Of a stretch of 64,000 nt of DNA, positions 1 to 9,696 are shown in pieces. The position numbers and the translations under genes were made by a program. Under the pieces are notes generated by a model. The model was given only the letters and a program-made list of their open reading frames with translations. It made no database searches and had not been told where the DNA came from. Numbering within the stretch: the stretch's first letter is position 1; each line of letters starts with the position of its first letter. Location: positions 31,558 through 95,557 of the forward strand of contig JAZLMG010000039.1 in NCBI GenBank assembly GCA_045598585.1, read 5' to 3'. The DNA comes from Kiritimatiellia bacterium. GTDB taxonomy: Bacteria > Verrucomicrobiota > Kiritimatiellia > RFP12 > UBA1067.

Positions 1-462
1 ATCATCCACCTTGAGATTCGGGCTAGAAAGCGCTTCATTAAGCTTGTAGGTCCCGTAAGCGTTAAGCGCTTGAACATTGTTCGCATCAGCGGCACGCTTA
101 AGCATCGCGGGATCATTCTTCTCAAGCGAAAGCAGATACCACGCGAGGCCATTTCCATGATCATCAGCAAGTGCGCGGATTCGGTCGCGAGATTTATCGA
201 GATATTCCTTACGCTTCTCGGGCGAAAGCTTGATGTCTCTCGCGAGACGTTCGTCTTCGGATATAACACCGATCACATACTGTTGAAGCGGACGACCGGC
301 CTCCGCCTCTTCAAGAACCTGTTTTGCCGCAGCGACAAACGCCTTCGGGCTTTCCGCCGAGCGCGAGTTTAAGAGCTTGATGATCGCGGAAGTCGAATCC
401 TCCTCGGCGAAAAGGCCGAAAGCAACGAGCGTCGCGAAGATAGAGCAAAGAATCTTTTTCAT
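1..462 (-). CDS. Secreted Sel1/TPR-like repeat protein, first 154 codons (3' end lies beyond window start)
   Basis: Open at the window edge, so absent from the ORF track. Hand translation from ATG 462-460 gives MKKILCSIFATLVAFGLFAEEDSTSAIIKLL... (signal peptide), then Sel1-like helical repeats (GNGLAWYLLSLEKNDPAMLKRAADANNVQALNAYG). ATGA overlap with the stop of ORF 459-941. Confidence 0.5.
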   Translation of the reverse strand, partial: MKKILCSIFATLVAFGLFAEEDSTSAIIKLLNSRSAESPKAFVAAAKQVLEEAEAGRPLQQYVIGVISEDERLARDIKLSPEKRKEYLDKSRDRIRALADDHGNGLAWYLLSLEKNDPAMLKRAADANNVQALNAYGTYKLNEALSSPNLKVDD

Positions 463-941
463 CGGAGGGTAGAGTTTTGGAACGGGCTTAAGCAAAACGC
501 GCCGTCACGCTTGAAGCCCTTATAGACCTTCCAGCTCTTCTTTTTCGCGCAGATCGTAATCGTACGACCGCCGCGTCCGAAGAGCCACCACGCGGGACGC
601 TTCAGGGCGATGATGTTGTAACCCTCGCGAATCACCGAATAGATGTCCGCAAGTGTGAACCCCATCTGAGACTTCGTTTTCTCGGGAACCGAAATAAGGA
701 GGTACCCGTCGCCTCTTAAGACGCGATGCGCTTCCCTCGCGCTTTTCGCGTTAAGCGCAGTCGGCGCCATGACAACGACTCCGAACTGGCCATCTTCGTA
801 AGGGAACGAGTCACACACTCTGATTGCGCGCCACTCTCCCCCCATAACCGCCTTGAGAGCTTCCGCATCCGGGAAGCCGACGGCGAGGCCCGTCTTGGTG
901 ACGAGCTTCATCGACTGGACCAGTTCGAGAATCTTCTTCAT
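459..941 (-). CDS. Small hypothetical protein, class I SAM-methyltransferase-like (weak call)
   Basis: 160 aa. The FPYEDGQFGVVVM...EAHRVLRGDGYLLISVP pattern resembles methyltransferase type-11 post-I/II motifs. Translationally coupled (ATGA overlaps) to hisS upstream and the Sel1-like gene downstream. Confidence 0.3.
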   Translation of the reverse strand: MKKILELVQSMKLVTKTGLAVGFPDAEALKAVMGGEWRAIRVCDSFPYEDGQFGVVVMAPTALNAKSAREAHRVLRGDGYLLISVPEKTKSQMGFTLADIYSVIREGYNIIALKRPAWWLFGRGGRTITICAKKKSWKVYKGFKRDGAFCLSPFQNSTLR

Positions 942-2167
942 AAGGTAATCTCGGTTTCTTCGCGAGTTTCCATGTTTTTAAGCTTGGCAACGCCCTTCTC
1001 GACATCGTCAGGTCCGAGGAAGACCGCTTTTTCGGCTCCACTCGAATCCGCCGCGGAGAAGAACTTCTTCGGCTTCTGGGACTTCAAGGAAAGATTGACC
1101 TTCTCGCCCGCCTTGCGCAAAGTCGCGGCAAGTTTCAAGGCCGCATCGCGCTGTTCGGGGAACATAAAGCCAACCGCAACGCCCTTCTTGACCTTCGCGG
1201 CATCCGTGCCAAGACGCGACTTGAGAAGCTCGGTTACGACGACATCGCCAAAGCCGAGACCGACCGCGCTCGTGGGCTGACCCCCGATAGTCGTGAGAAG
1301 ATTATCGTAGCGTCCGCCTCCGAAGATGGCGCGGAATTCGCCCGCCGTATCGAAGCATTCGAAGACGATACCGGTATAGTAGCTGAGCCCTCGGATAACC
1401 GAAATATCGAACATGAGGCAGTCGGCAAAACCGGCAATCTCGGCGAGGCGGAAGAGCTCCTTAAGTTCGGGGCACTCTTCGTAGCTCTTCGTGTCCATAA
1501 TCGCAAAAGTCGCAGCGACTTCCGTCTCATTAAGCCCGCCATCCTTGAGCATCGCGGCGATTTCGGTATCGGGCATTTTGCCGCGTTTATCGAGGGCAAG
1601 AAAGACTTGGGCGTGCTTCTCTGCGGCGATTCCGCTCTTTTCGAGGAGCTCGCCCAAGAACTTGCGCGAAGAAACGTGAACCTTGAAGTCCTTCGAGTCA
1701 AGTCCCATACGACGAAGCGCATCACACGCGGCTCCGATTACTTCTACTTCGGCGAGAATCGAATCTTCGCCGATAATATCGACGTTCCACTGATAGTGTT
1801 CGCGCTTTCTGCCCTTGGTCATGCGTTCATAACGGAAGCACTGGGCAATCGTCGTCCACTTGAGCGGGAACTTGAGCTCGGCTTGACGCTGGGCAACCAT
1901 ACGCGCCAAAGTCGGCGTCATTTCGGCACGAAGCGCGATGTGACGCTCGGACTTGTCGAAGAAGTGATAAATCTGTTCGCCGACTTCTTCGCCCGCCTTA
2001 CGAGCGAGGAGCTCGTAGCTCTCGACGACACACGAATCGTAGGGCTCGAAGCCCGCCGCCTCACCGGCAGCACGAAACGCATCGAACACCTTGTTGCGCC
2101 AAACCATGTCTTCGGGATAGAAATCCCGCATGCCACGCGGCGCTTCGAAAGAAATCGTTTCCGCCAT
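938..2167 (-). CDS. hisS: Histidine--tRNA ligase
   Basis: 409 aa. N-terminus APRGMRDFYPEDM, class II aaRS core (FRYERMTKGRKREHYQ, GGGRYDNL) and a C-terminal anticodon-binding domain. Confidence 0.93.
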   Translation of the reverse strand: MAETISFEAPRGMRDFYPEDMVWRNKVFDAFRAAGEAAGFEPYDSCVVESYELLARKAGEEVGEQIYHFFDKSERHIALRAEMTPTLARMVAQRQAELKFPLKWTTIAQCFRYERMTKGRKREHYQWNVDIIGEDSILAEVEVIGAACDALRRMGLDSKDFKVHVSSRKFLGELLEKSGIAAEKHAQVFLALDKRGKMPDTEIAAMLKDGGLNETEVAATFAIMDTKSYEECPELKELFRLAEIAGFADCLMFDISVIRGLSYYTGIVFECFDTAGEFRAIFGGGRYDNLLTTIGGQPTSAVGLGFGDVVVTELLKSRLGTDAAKVKKGVAVGFMFPEQRDAALKLAATLRKAGEKVNLSLKSQKPKKFFSAADSSGAEKAVFLGPDDVEKGVAKLKNMETREETEITL

Positions 2168-3873
2168 TACTTGAGTAACTCCTTGATCGTATCGAGGGCC
2201 TTTTCGGGCGCGACGACAACCATCTTATCCTTCGTATCGGCGCGGCGCTTCACTTCAACGCCGCCATTTGAGAGGCCCTTCGCGCCGACGACGACGCGCA
2301 CAGGGAAGCCGATCAAATCCGCATCTTTGAACTTGACGCCGGGACGCTCCGCTCGGTCATCAACGATAGTGTCGATGCCGCTCGCTTCGAGAGCGCTTTC
2401 GAGCTCGTCAGCGATCTTCGTGACATCTTCCTTATCGGGATCGAGGTTTTCGATGATGACCTGATAGGGCGCGACGGAAGCGGGCCAAATGATGCCGTCC
2501 TTGTCGTGGCTCTGTTCGATGACGGCCTGGACGGTGCGGCTAACGCCGATACCGTAGCAACCCATAACCATGACCTGCTCTTTAAGATCATCCGTCTTGT
2601 AAACGGCGTTGAAAGCGTTGGTATACTTCGTGCCGAGCTTGAAGACGTGACCGACTTCAATGCCGCGCTTGATCGTCATCGGCTTACCGCACTTCGGACA
2701 AATGTCGCCGTCCTTGACGATGACGAGATCGGCATACGCGGCAATCTTGCAATCACGCGCCATATCGACGTTCTTATAGTCGATTTCGCCGTCCAAGTTC
2801 GCTCCCGCGATAAGCCCCTTCGCGCCCTCGAGATCGAGATCGGCATAAATCGGGACTTCCATCTTCGGACGAACGGGGCCTGCGTAACCGATAGGCGCGC
2901 CGGTAACCGCACGAACGGTATCGAACGGCGCGAGCTCAAACGTCTTCGCGTCGACGAGGTGCTTCGCTTTGACTTCGTTGAGATCTCTATCGCCGCGGAC
3001 GCAGAACATGACGGGCTTACCATCGGCGAGATAAACGAGCGTCTTGATCATCGTATCGGCGCTCTGGCCAAAGAACTTGACCATCTCGTCCATCGTCTTC
3101 GCGGGAGTCGGCGCTTCTTCCAAGGGGCCGCACTCGGGATCGTTATGAGGAACGACCTTGCGCTCGGCCTTCTCGAGATTCGCCGCGTACTTGCAGGTTT
3201 CGCAAACGCCGATTCCGTCTTCGCCCGCCTCGGCGAGAACATGGAATTCGTGGGAAAACTTGCCGCCGATATCGCCCGTATCCGCTTCGACAGGATAGGC
3301 CTTAAGTCCGCAACGTTCGAAAACGCGCTTGTAAGCGTTGAACATCGCCATATAGCTCTTATCCGCCTCTTCCATCGAGACATCGAACGAATACGCGTCC
3401 TTCATGAGAAATTCCTTCGAACGCATAAGTCCGAAGCGCGGACGGATTTCATCGCGGAACTTGGTGTGAATCTGATAGACGGTAACGGGAAGCTGACGAT
3501 AGGAGGAGACGACCGACTTGACGAGCTCGGTCACTTCTTCTTCGGCGGTCGGCGTAAGCGCATAGTCACGATGAGCGCGATCTTTGAGGCGGAACATCCC
3601 CGGCCCCATCGATTCCCAGCGACCAGAAGTCTTCCAAAGTTCGGCCTGCTGAAGAAGCGGAAGCTGAATTTCCTGAGCGCCGGCGCGATCCATTTCTTCA
3701 CGGATAATCTGCTCTACCTTGCGAAGCGAACGCATGCCGAGCGGCATGAACGAATAAAGGCCACCTGCGAGCTTCTTGACGAGCGAAGCGCGAACGAGAA
3801 GCTTGTGCGAATCGATTTCTGCGTCCCCCGGATTGTCACGGAGGGTCTGAATCATCAATTTAGTCCATTTCAT
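2167..3873 (-). CDS. proS: Proline--tRNA ligase (bacterial type with INS editing domain)
   Basis: 568 aa. LLVRASLVKKLAGGLYSFMPLG, FRDEIRPRFGLMRSKEF and GCYGIGVSR motifs. 1-nt overlap with hisS. Confidence 0.95.
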   Translation of the reverse strand: MKWTKLMIQTLRDNPGDAEIDSHKLLVRASLVKKLAGGLYSFMPLGMRSLRKVEQIIREEMDRAGAQEIQLPLLQQAELWKTSGRWESMGPGMFRLKDRAHRDYALTPTAEEEVTELVKSVVSSYRQLPVTVYQIHTKFRDEIRPRFGLMRSKEFLMKDAYSFDVSMEEADKSYMAMFNAYKRVFERCGLKAYPVEADTGDIGGKFSHEFHVLAEAGEDGIGVCETCKYAANLEKAERKVVPHNDPECGPLEEAPTPAKTMDEMVKFFGQSADTMIKTLVYLADGKPVMFCVRGDRDLNEVKAKHLVDAKTFELAPFDTVRAVTGAPIGYAGPVRPKMEVPIYADLDLEGAKGLIAGANLDGEIDYKNVDMARDCKIAAYADLVIVKDGDICPKCGKPMTIKRGIEVGHVFKLGTKYTNAFNAVYKTDDLKEQVMVMGCYGIGVSRTVQAVIEQSHDKDGIIWPASVAPYQVIIENLDPDKEDVTKIADELESALEASGIDTIVDDRAERPGVKFKDADLIGFPVRVVVGAKGLSNGGVEVKRRADTKDKMVVVAPEKALDTIKELLK

Positions 3874-3882
3874 AGTACGAAC

Positions 3883-3891
3883 ATTATATCA
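3883..3891 (-). promoter_or_regulatory. Extended -10 box TGATATAAT in the uvrA-proS gap, 9 nt upstream of the proS ATG
   Basis: Reverse complement of 3883-3891 is TGATATAAT. Only 9 nt (3874-3882) separate it from ATG 3873, and there is no Shine-Dalgarno sequence. Confidence 0.45.
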
Positions 3892-3898
3892 TATTTCT

Positions 3899-6628
3899 TT
3901 ACAAAAAGCGAGCGGTAACCGAATCTTTTGCCGCTTTAATCTTCGCGATCGGGCCTTCCGCAACGACGCGGCCACCTTGGTCGCCTCCCCCGGGACCCAT
4001 ATCGATTATCCAATCCGCCGAGCGCATCACGTCGACATTATGTTCGATGACGACGACGGTGTTCCCTTGTTCGCGGAGTTTAAGGAGTATCTTCATGAGT
4101 TTCGCGATATCGTCGAAGTGCAGCCCCGTAGTCGGCTCATCGAGGAGATAGAGCGTTCTTCCGGTCGAGCGCTTCGAAAGTTCCGTCGCGAGTTTGATAC
4201 GCTGAGCTTCGCCGCCCGAAAGCGTGGTCGCCGCCTGCCCGAGCGCAATATAGCCGAGGCCGACATCAACCAAAGTCTGGAGTTTTCGCTTAAGACTCGG
4301 CACTTTCTCGAAGAATTCGCAAGCTTCAGCAACCGTCATCTCGAGAACTTCGGAGATATTCTTGCCGCCATAAGTGACTTCCAAGGTCTCCGAATTGAAG
4401 CGTTTTCCTCCGCACTGTTCGCACGTTACGTAAACGTCGGGAAGGAAGCTCATCTCGAGCTTTCTCACGCCGTCTCCGGAGCAAACTTCGCATCTCCCGC
4501 CCTTTACGTTGAACGAGAAGCGTCCCGCCGTATAGCCACGCGCTTTCGCGGCTTCGGTCTTCGCGAAGAGTTCGCGGATTTCCGAGAAGAAGCCGACGTA
4601 TGTCGCGGGATTGGAGCGCGGCGTTCTGCCGATCGGGGATTGGTCGATTTCGATGATCTTATCGAACGCTTCCATCCCGAGGATTTTCTTCCTCGCGCGC
4701 AAGGTTTCATCGATGAGCGAGCTCTTGCCCGCGCCCGAGACGCCGGTCACGACCGTAAACGAACCGATCGGAATATGAGCGGTCACGTTTTTAAGGTTAT
4801 TCGAGGTCGCCCCTTTGAGAGTAAGGAACTTTTGCGGCGCTTTCTTACCCTGATCGTGATGCTCAGGCAGCGCCTGAGCTACCACCTTCCTCCCTGTAAG
4901 ATAATCGGCGGTTAGCGACTTCGCCTTAAGGAGTCCCTTGTAATCGCCCTGGTACATAAGCTCGCCGCCTTCTCGTCCCGCGCCCGGTCCCAAGTCGACG
5001 ATATAGTCGGCGGTTCTCATCATCTCTTCATCATGTTCGACGATGACTACCGTATTGCCGCGATCCCGAAGCTCTTTCAGCGTCGCGATAAGGCGCTCGT
5101 TGTCACGCGGATGAAGCCCGATTGTGGGCTCATCTAGGACATAAAGTACGCCCGTAAGCCCCGAACCGATTTGGGTTGCGAGGCGAATACGCTGCATTTC
5201 ACCGCCCGACAAAGAGCCGCTTCGGCGATCGAGAGTCAAGTAATCGAGGCCGACATCGATAAGGAATTTAAGTCGGCGCTTGATTTCCTTCAAGACTTCG
5301 CGCATTCCGGGAATATCTTCGGAGAGCGTATCGAAGAATTTCGCCGCGTCTTTGATGCTCATCGCCATCACTTCGACGATGGTCTTCCCTTCCACGGTTG
5401 CGACTCGCGATTCCGGTCTTAGGCGCGCACCCTGACAATCGGGACAAACGCGGAAGCTACGATACGCTTCCCACTTGTCGCGCGTCTCGTCATCGGTCGC
5501 TTCGTTGATGTAGCGCTCCAAAGTCGCGAGAACGCCTTCGAAAGGTTTATCGACTTTACGCCAAGGGAGAACGAGATTATCCATAAAGCCGTGCATGAGC
5601 CCCTTGCGAAATGCCGCGGGGAGATCTTTATAAGGAGTCTTCAAATCGACTTTGTACTGAATCGCGATTTGCTCCAAAAGCGCGTTATAGTACATGATCG
5701 CGTTGTGTCCCGCCCTACGCCAAGGATGGATACACTCGAACAAGGCGAGATTCTTGTCGGGAACGACGAGCTCTTCATCGAAGTAGTAGAGCTGACCTAA
5801 ACCCGCGCAAGTCGGACACGCGCCGAAAGGCGAGTTGAACGAGAACGAGCGCGGTTTAAGTTCATCGAACGAGATTCCGCAATCGGGACAAGCGTTAAGC
5901 TCGGAGAAAACTTCGTCATTAAGATACATGAGTCCATTTCCGGTCTTAAGCGCGAGTTCGACGGAATCGGTAAGTCGCGTCTTGTCGGCAGGAAGCGTCA
6001 AGCGGTCGATGATGACATCGATATTGTGGGACTTCTTTTTATCGAGCTCGGGGAGTTCTTCGAGAAGATAAGTATTCCCGTCGATCCTGACACGCACGAA
6101 GCCCTGACGTCCTAGCTGAGCGAAGACTTCTTCGTGACGCCCTTTTTTGCCGCGGACTACGGGAGCGTAGATGATGACCTTGTTCTTCCCCTCCTCGACC
6201 GGGCGCTTCATAATCGTCTCGACGATTTGATCGGCGCTTTGGCGCGAAACTTCGCGTCCGCACTTCGGACAGTGGGCCTTCGCGATCGAGCCGTAGAGAA
6301 TACGCAGGTAGTCATGGATTTCCGTTACTGTCGCGACAATCGAGCGCGGGTTGCCGCCCGAAGTATGTTGTTCGATCGAAATCGCGGGCGAAAGCCCTTC
6401 GATCTTCTCGACATCGGGCTTTTGCATCTTATCGAGAAATTGCCGCGCATAAGCGGAAAGCGACTCGACATAGCGACGCTGTCCCTCGGCATATAAAGTA
6501 TCGAAAGCGAGCGAACTCTTACCCGAGCCCGAAAGTCCCGTGATTACCGTAAGAGAATTTCGGGGGATCGTGACATCGATCCCCTTCAAATTGTGCGTGC
6601 TCGCCTTGGTTATAACGATATCGCTCAT
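3899..6628 (-). CDS. uvrA: Excinuclease ABC subunit A
   Basis: 909 aa. Two ABC ATPase modules (GLSGSGKSSLAFDT, GVSGAGKSSLI, LSGGE x2) and Zn-finger Cys clusters. Confidence 0.95.
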   Translation of the reverse strand: MSDIVITKASTHNLKGIDVTIPRNSLTVITGLSGSGKSSLAFDTLYAEGQRRYVESLSAYARQFLDKMQKPDVEKIEGLSPAISIEQHTSGGNPRSIVATVTEIHDYLRILYGSIAKAHCPKCGREVSRQSADQIVETIMKRPVEEGKNKVIIYAPVVRGKKGRHEEVFAQLGRQGFVRVRIDGNTYLLEELPELDKKKSHNIDVIIDRLTLPADKTRLTDSVELALKTGNGLMYLNDEVFSELNACPDCGISFDELKPRSFSFNSPFGACPTCAGLGQLYYFDEELVVPDKNLALFECIHPWRRAGHNAIMYYNALLEQIAIQYKVDLKTPYKDLPAAFRKGLMHGFMDNLVLPWRKVDKPFEGVLATLERYINEATDDETRDKWEAYRSFRVCPDCQGARLRPESRVATVEGKTIVEVMAMSIKDAAKFFDTLSEDIPGMREVLKEIKRRLKFLIDVGLDYLTLDRRSGSLSGGEMQRIRLATQIGSGLTGVLYVLDEPTIGLHPRDNERLIATLKELRDRGNTVVIVEHDEEMMRTADYIVDLGPGAGREGGELMYQGDYKGLLKAKSLTADYLTGRKVVAQALPEHHDQGKKAPQKFLTLKGATSNNLKNVTAHIPIGSFTVVTGVSGAGKSSLIDETLRARKKILGMEAFDKIIEIDQSPIGRTPRSNPATYVGFFSEIRELFAKTEAAKARGYTAGRFSFNVKGGRCEVCSGDGVRKLEMSFLPDVYVTCEQCGGKRFNSETLEVTYGGKNISEVLEMTVAEACEFFEKVPSLKRKLQTLVDVGLGYIALGQAATTLSGGEAQRIKLATELSKRSTGRTLYLLDEPTTGLHFDDIAKLMKILLKLREQGNTVVVIEHNVDVMRSADWIIDMGPGGGDQGGRVVAEGPIAKIKAAKDSVTARFL

Positions 6629-8190
6629 TACTGGCCTACCGTGTTTTTAAGGTCGAGCGCCATCAAAAACTCGGGGTTCGACTTCGCGCGTTTGAGCGCG
6701 TTCAAAACCGACTTCATTGCGCTTTCAGCTCCCGCATCGGAGAGACGACGGCGAAGTCCCCAAGTCTTCTCAAGTTCCATCGGATCGAGGAGAAGGTCTT
6801 CCTTACGCGTACCCGACTTGTCGATATCGATAGCCGGGAAGATACGCTTATCGGCGAGTCCGCGATCAAGAACGAGTTCCATATTGCCCGTACCCTTGAA
6901 CTCTTCGAAAATGACTTCGTCCATGCGCGAGCCAGTTTCGACGAGGCCGGTCGCGATAATCGTCAAAGAGCCGCCACCTTCGATATTACGCGCCGCGCCG
7001 AAGAAGCGCTTCGGACGATGCATCGCAAGCGCATCGACGCCGCCCGTCAAAATCTTGCCCGAGTGGGGCTGGACGGTATTGTAGGCGCGAGCGAGACGGG
7101 TGATCGAGTCGAGGAGGATGATGACGTCCTTCCCGTTTTCGGCCTGACGCTTCGACATCTCGATAACCATTTCGGCGACATTGACGTGATGCTGGGGCTC
7201 TTCATCGAAGGTCGAGGAGAGAACCATCGCGCGAGTGTTGCGCTGCATATCGGTAACTTCTTCGGGGCGTTCGTCGACGAGGAGGATGATCAAGATCGCG
7301 TCGGGGTGGTTCGTCGAAATCGCGTTCGCGATCTTCTGAAGAAGAACCGTCTTACCTACGCGCGGCGGAGCGACGATAAGGCCACGCTGGCCGAAGCCGA
7401 TCGGGGTAAAGAGGTCGATCACGCGCGTCGAATATTCGCCGGGCGTCGTCTCGAGGATGATGCGGCGCGTCGGGAAAGTCGCGGTCAAGTTTTCGAAATG
7501 AACGACACGCGCGGCAACCGAGGGCTCCTTGCCGTTAACCGTGTTGACGTTACCGAGGCAGAAGAAACGGTCACGATCCTTAGGGTCACGAATCGGGCCT
7601 TCAATCACGTCGCCCGTACGAAGCGCATGACGACGAATCTGCTGCTGAGTGACGAAAACGTCTTCGGGGCATGCGAGGAAGTTGTTCTTCGCGGAGCGGA
7701 GGAAGCCATGACCTTCGCGGCAAATTTCGAGACACCCCGAAGCGAGAACCGCGCCGCCCTTCGCGATATACTGACGAATCGCGGCGAAAATGAGCTCATG
7801 CTTACGATAAGAGCCGAGTTCTTCGGGATCGGCGCCGGGCATCATCCTATCGACGATGATCTGCGCGGGCCAGGCCTGAATGTCGGCGAGACGATACTCG
7901 GGCATCTCGGGATTGCGATTCGGGTTGACGACGACTTCTTCCTGAGTCGTCTTCTGTTCGGTCGGCAACGGGGCATTGAGAAGCGGATTGACGCTCTCTT
8001 CGCCGTTCGAACCGCGAAGAGGCGAGTTGTTAACCTTCTTCTGATACGGGGCGCGAGGCTGGAAATTATTCTGCTGACGCTTCACGTATGGCTTACGCTG
8101 AGGCGCGGCGTTCTGAGCTGGTTGCTGCTGAGGCGCGGCATCAACTTGGGGCTTCGCGGCATGGGCGAATACATCAAATTCATCGGACAT
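6628..8190 (-). CDS. rho: Transcription termination factor Rho with about 95-aa Q/P/N-rich N-terminal extension
   Basis: 520 aa. RNA-binding and RecA-like ATPase core ([24 protein letters not shown]). The N-terminus [44 protein letters not shown]... is low complexity. Confidence 0.93.
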   Translation of the reverse strand: MSDEFDVFAHAAKPQVDAAPQQQPAQNAAPQRKPYVKRQQNNFQPRAPYQKKVNNSPLRGSNGEESVNPLLNAPLPTEQKTTQEEVVVNPNRNPEMPEYRLADIQAWPAQIIVDRMMPGADPEELGSYRKHELIFAAIRQYIAKGGAVLASGCLEICREGHGFLRSAKNNFLACPEDVFVTQQQIRRHALRTGDVIEGPIRDPKDRDRFFCLGNVNTVNGKEPSVAARVVHFENLTATFPTRRIILETTPGEYSTRVIDLFTPIGFGQRGLIVAPPRVGKTVLLQKIANAISTNHPDAILIILLVDERPEEVTDMQRNTRAMVLSSTFDEEPQHHVNVAEMVIEMSKRQAENGKDVIILLDSITRLARAYNTVQPHSGKILTGGVDALAMHRPKRFFGAARNIEGGGSLTIIATGLVETGSRMDEVIFEEFKGTGNMELVLDRGLADKRIFPAIDIDKSGTRKEDLLLDPMELEKTWGLRRRLSDAGAESAMKSVLNALKRAKSNPEFLMALDLKNTVGQ

Positions 8191-9214
8191 GTTTAATGAT
8201 CCTTTCGACAGATTCTCTTAAAGCTTCTTTAGTTCCATTATTGTAAATCACATACGTCGAGCGTTTCGCCTTTTCTTCGACGCTCATCTGGGCCTTAATG
8301 CGGTTTTCGGCTTCTTCCTTGGTATAACCGCGCGTCGTCATCATGCGCTCGATCTGCTTTTCCCGATCCGAGACAAGCGAGATGATGATATCATAGTCCT
8401 TATCCCAACCGGTCTCGAATAAAAGCGGAATGATTGCGACTTTATCGCTATTCTCCGCTAATTTAGCGCGGACGAGGGGGTGAAGCTTCGCTTCGAGCGC
8501 TTTGCGCTTCTCGGGATCGGCGAAAACTTCCGCGGCGATTCGCTTTCTTATCTCGGGATCAGGGAGAATTTCGTGGACGATATCATCGGCATCGATCGTC
8601 TCGACTCCCATCTCGTTCATCATCTTCGCGACAAGCGACTTCCCGCAAGCGATTCCGCCGGTCAAGGCGATACGGGGGTTGGGGGAACGGGTTGAGGGAA
8701 TGGGTCTAGAAAATTCGCAGCCACAATAGCCCTGCCTATATAACCCGAGTTCTGCGGCACGTTTGGTCGAAAGCTTGAAACCCTCTTTCTTCTTGAAATC
8801 GTATTTGACGAATTTTGGATCATCGCAGGAGGCGAAAATCGTCGAGCTAACCTTATGAGGACTAACGGTTAGGGAAGTCGCGAAGCCCTCTAATCCTAAC
8901 TCCGCGGCCTTTTTTGCCGCACGAGCAAGGTTGAACTTGAAGCAGCGCTCACATCTCGCGCCCTTCTCCGGCGCGTGTTCATAGCCCCTCGCAACTTCTT
9001 TTAGCCAAGCTTCGTGATCGTATTCGTCGACGATAAGCTCGACATTATCATTCTTCGCAAGCGTTTTTGCCGCGTTTAAGCGCTTCTCGAACTCGTCTTT
9101 CGTATCGATATTCGAGTTCGAGAAGAACATAATGGGCTTATGCCCCTCGTCTTTCAGACGCGGCAAACAGGCACTTGCGCACGGCCCACAACAAGTATGG
9201 AGAAGAAGTTGCAT
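8180..9214 (-). CDS. queH-coaE: Fusion protein: epoxyqueuosine reductase QueH (DUF208) N-terminal half plus dephospho-CoA kinase CoaE C-terminal half
   Basis: 344 aa. QueH hallmarks [16 protein letters not shown] and [12 protein letters not shown] are followed by the CoaE P-loop [10 protein letters not shown] and a CoaE-like body. Confidence 0.8.
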   Translation of the reverse strand: MQLLLHTCCGPCASACLPRLKDEGHKPIMFFSNSNIDTKDEFEKRLNAAKTLAKNDNVELIVDEYDHEAWLKEVARGYEHAPEKGARCERCFKFNLARAAKKAAELGLEGFATSLTVSPHKVSSTIFASCDDPKFVKYDFKKKEGFKLSTKRAAELGLYRQGYCGCEFSRPIPSTRSPNPRIALTGGIACGKSLVAKMMNEMGVETIDADDIVHEILPDPEIRKRIAAEVFADPEKRKALEAKLHPLVRAKLAENSDKVAIIPLLFETGWDKDYDIIISLVSDREKQIERMMTTRGYTKEEAENRIKAQMSVEEKAKRSTYVIYNNGTKEALRESVERIIKHVR

Positions 9215-9224
9215 TGAAAAAGTT

Positions 9225-9300
<76 letters not shown>

Positions 9301-9319
9301 ACAAAAGGTTGGTTGGAAA

Positions 9320-9395
9320 TGGTAGGAGCGCAGGGATTCGAACCCTGGACCCAGTGATTAAGAGTCACTTGCTCTACCAGCTGAGCTACGCTCCC
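9320..9395 (-). tRNA. tRNA-Lys (CTT), CCA encoded
   Basis: Reverse complement GGGAGCGTAGCTCAGCTGGTAGAGCAAGTGACTCTTAATCACTGGGTCCAGGGTTCGAATCCCTGCGCTCCTACCA. Anticodon loop CTCTTAA. Confidence 0.93.
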
Positions 9396-9422
9396 ATTTC
9401 ACCAGTGCTTTCGGGTTTTGAT

Positions 9423-9498
9423 TGGAGCGAGCTAAGGGACTCGAACCCTCGACAACCACCTTGGCAAGGTGGCACTCTACCAACTGAGTTAAGCTCGC
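9423..9498 (-). tRNA. tRNA-Gly (GCC), CCA encoded
   Basis: Reverse complement GCGAGCTTAACTCAGTTGGTAGAGTGCCACCTTGCCAAGGTGGTTGTCGAGGGTTCGAGTCCCTTAGCTCGCTCCA. Anticodon loop TTGCCAA. Confidence 0.93.
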
Positions 9499-9521
9499 CT
9501 GTTGCCCCGAAAACGAGACAT

Positions 9522-9576
9522 ATTATATCATATTTCCCTCACACTTGACAAGGGGGTTTTTAAATTTTTTTTTTTT
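9522..9576 (-). promoter_or_regulatory. Promoter of the tRNA-Gly/Lys/Phe cluster: -35 TTGTCA, 18-nt spacer, extended -10 TGATATAAT, upstream A12 tract (UP-like)
   Basis: On the minus strand: TTGTCA (9551-9546), TGATATAAT (9530-9522), and an A12 run (T12 on plus, 9565-9576) just upstream of the -35. The -10 ends about 24 nt before the tRNA-Gly 5' end. Confidence 0.55.
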
Positions 9577-9696
9577 CGGGACTATATGTCCTCCAGCGAG
9601 AGGGCGAGGTAGGAAAGCGAATAATTCTTAAATTTATTCCGTAACACCTATTACCGTAATCATCATTACGATATGCTTATACCATTTTAACCTCGC

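Noticed and set aside
9565-9576. Considered the T12/A12 homopolymer as a phase-variation switch.
   Set aside because: It lies upstream of the -35 of the tRNA promoter, not in a spacer or coding region. Length changes would not shift the -35/-10 spacing, so it is more likely an UP-element-like A-tract.
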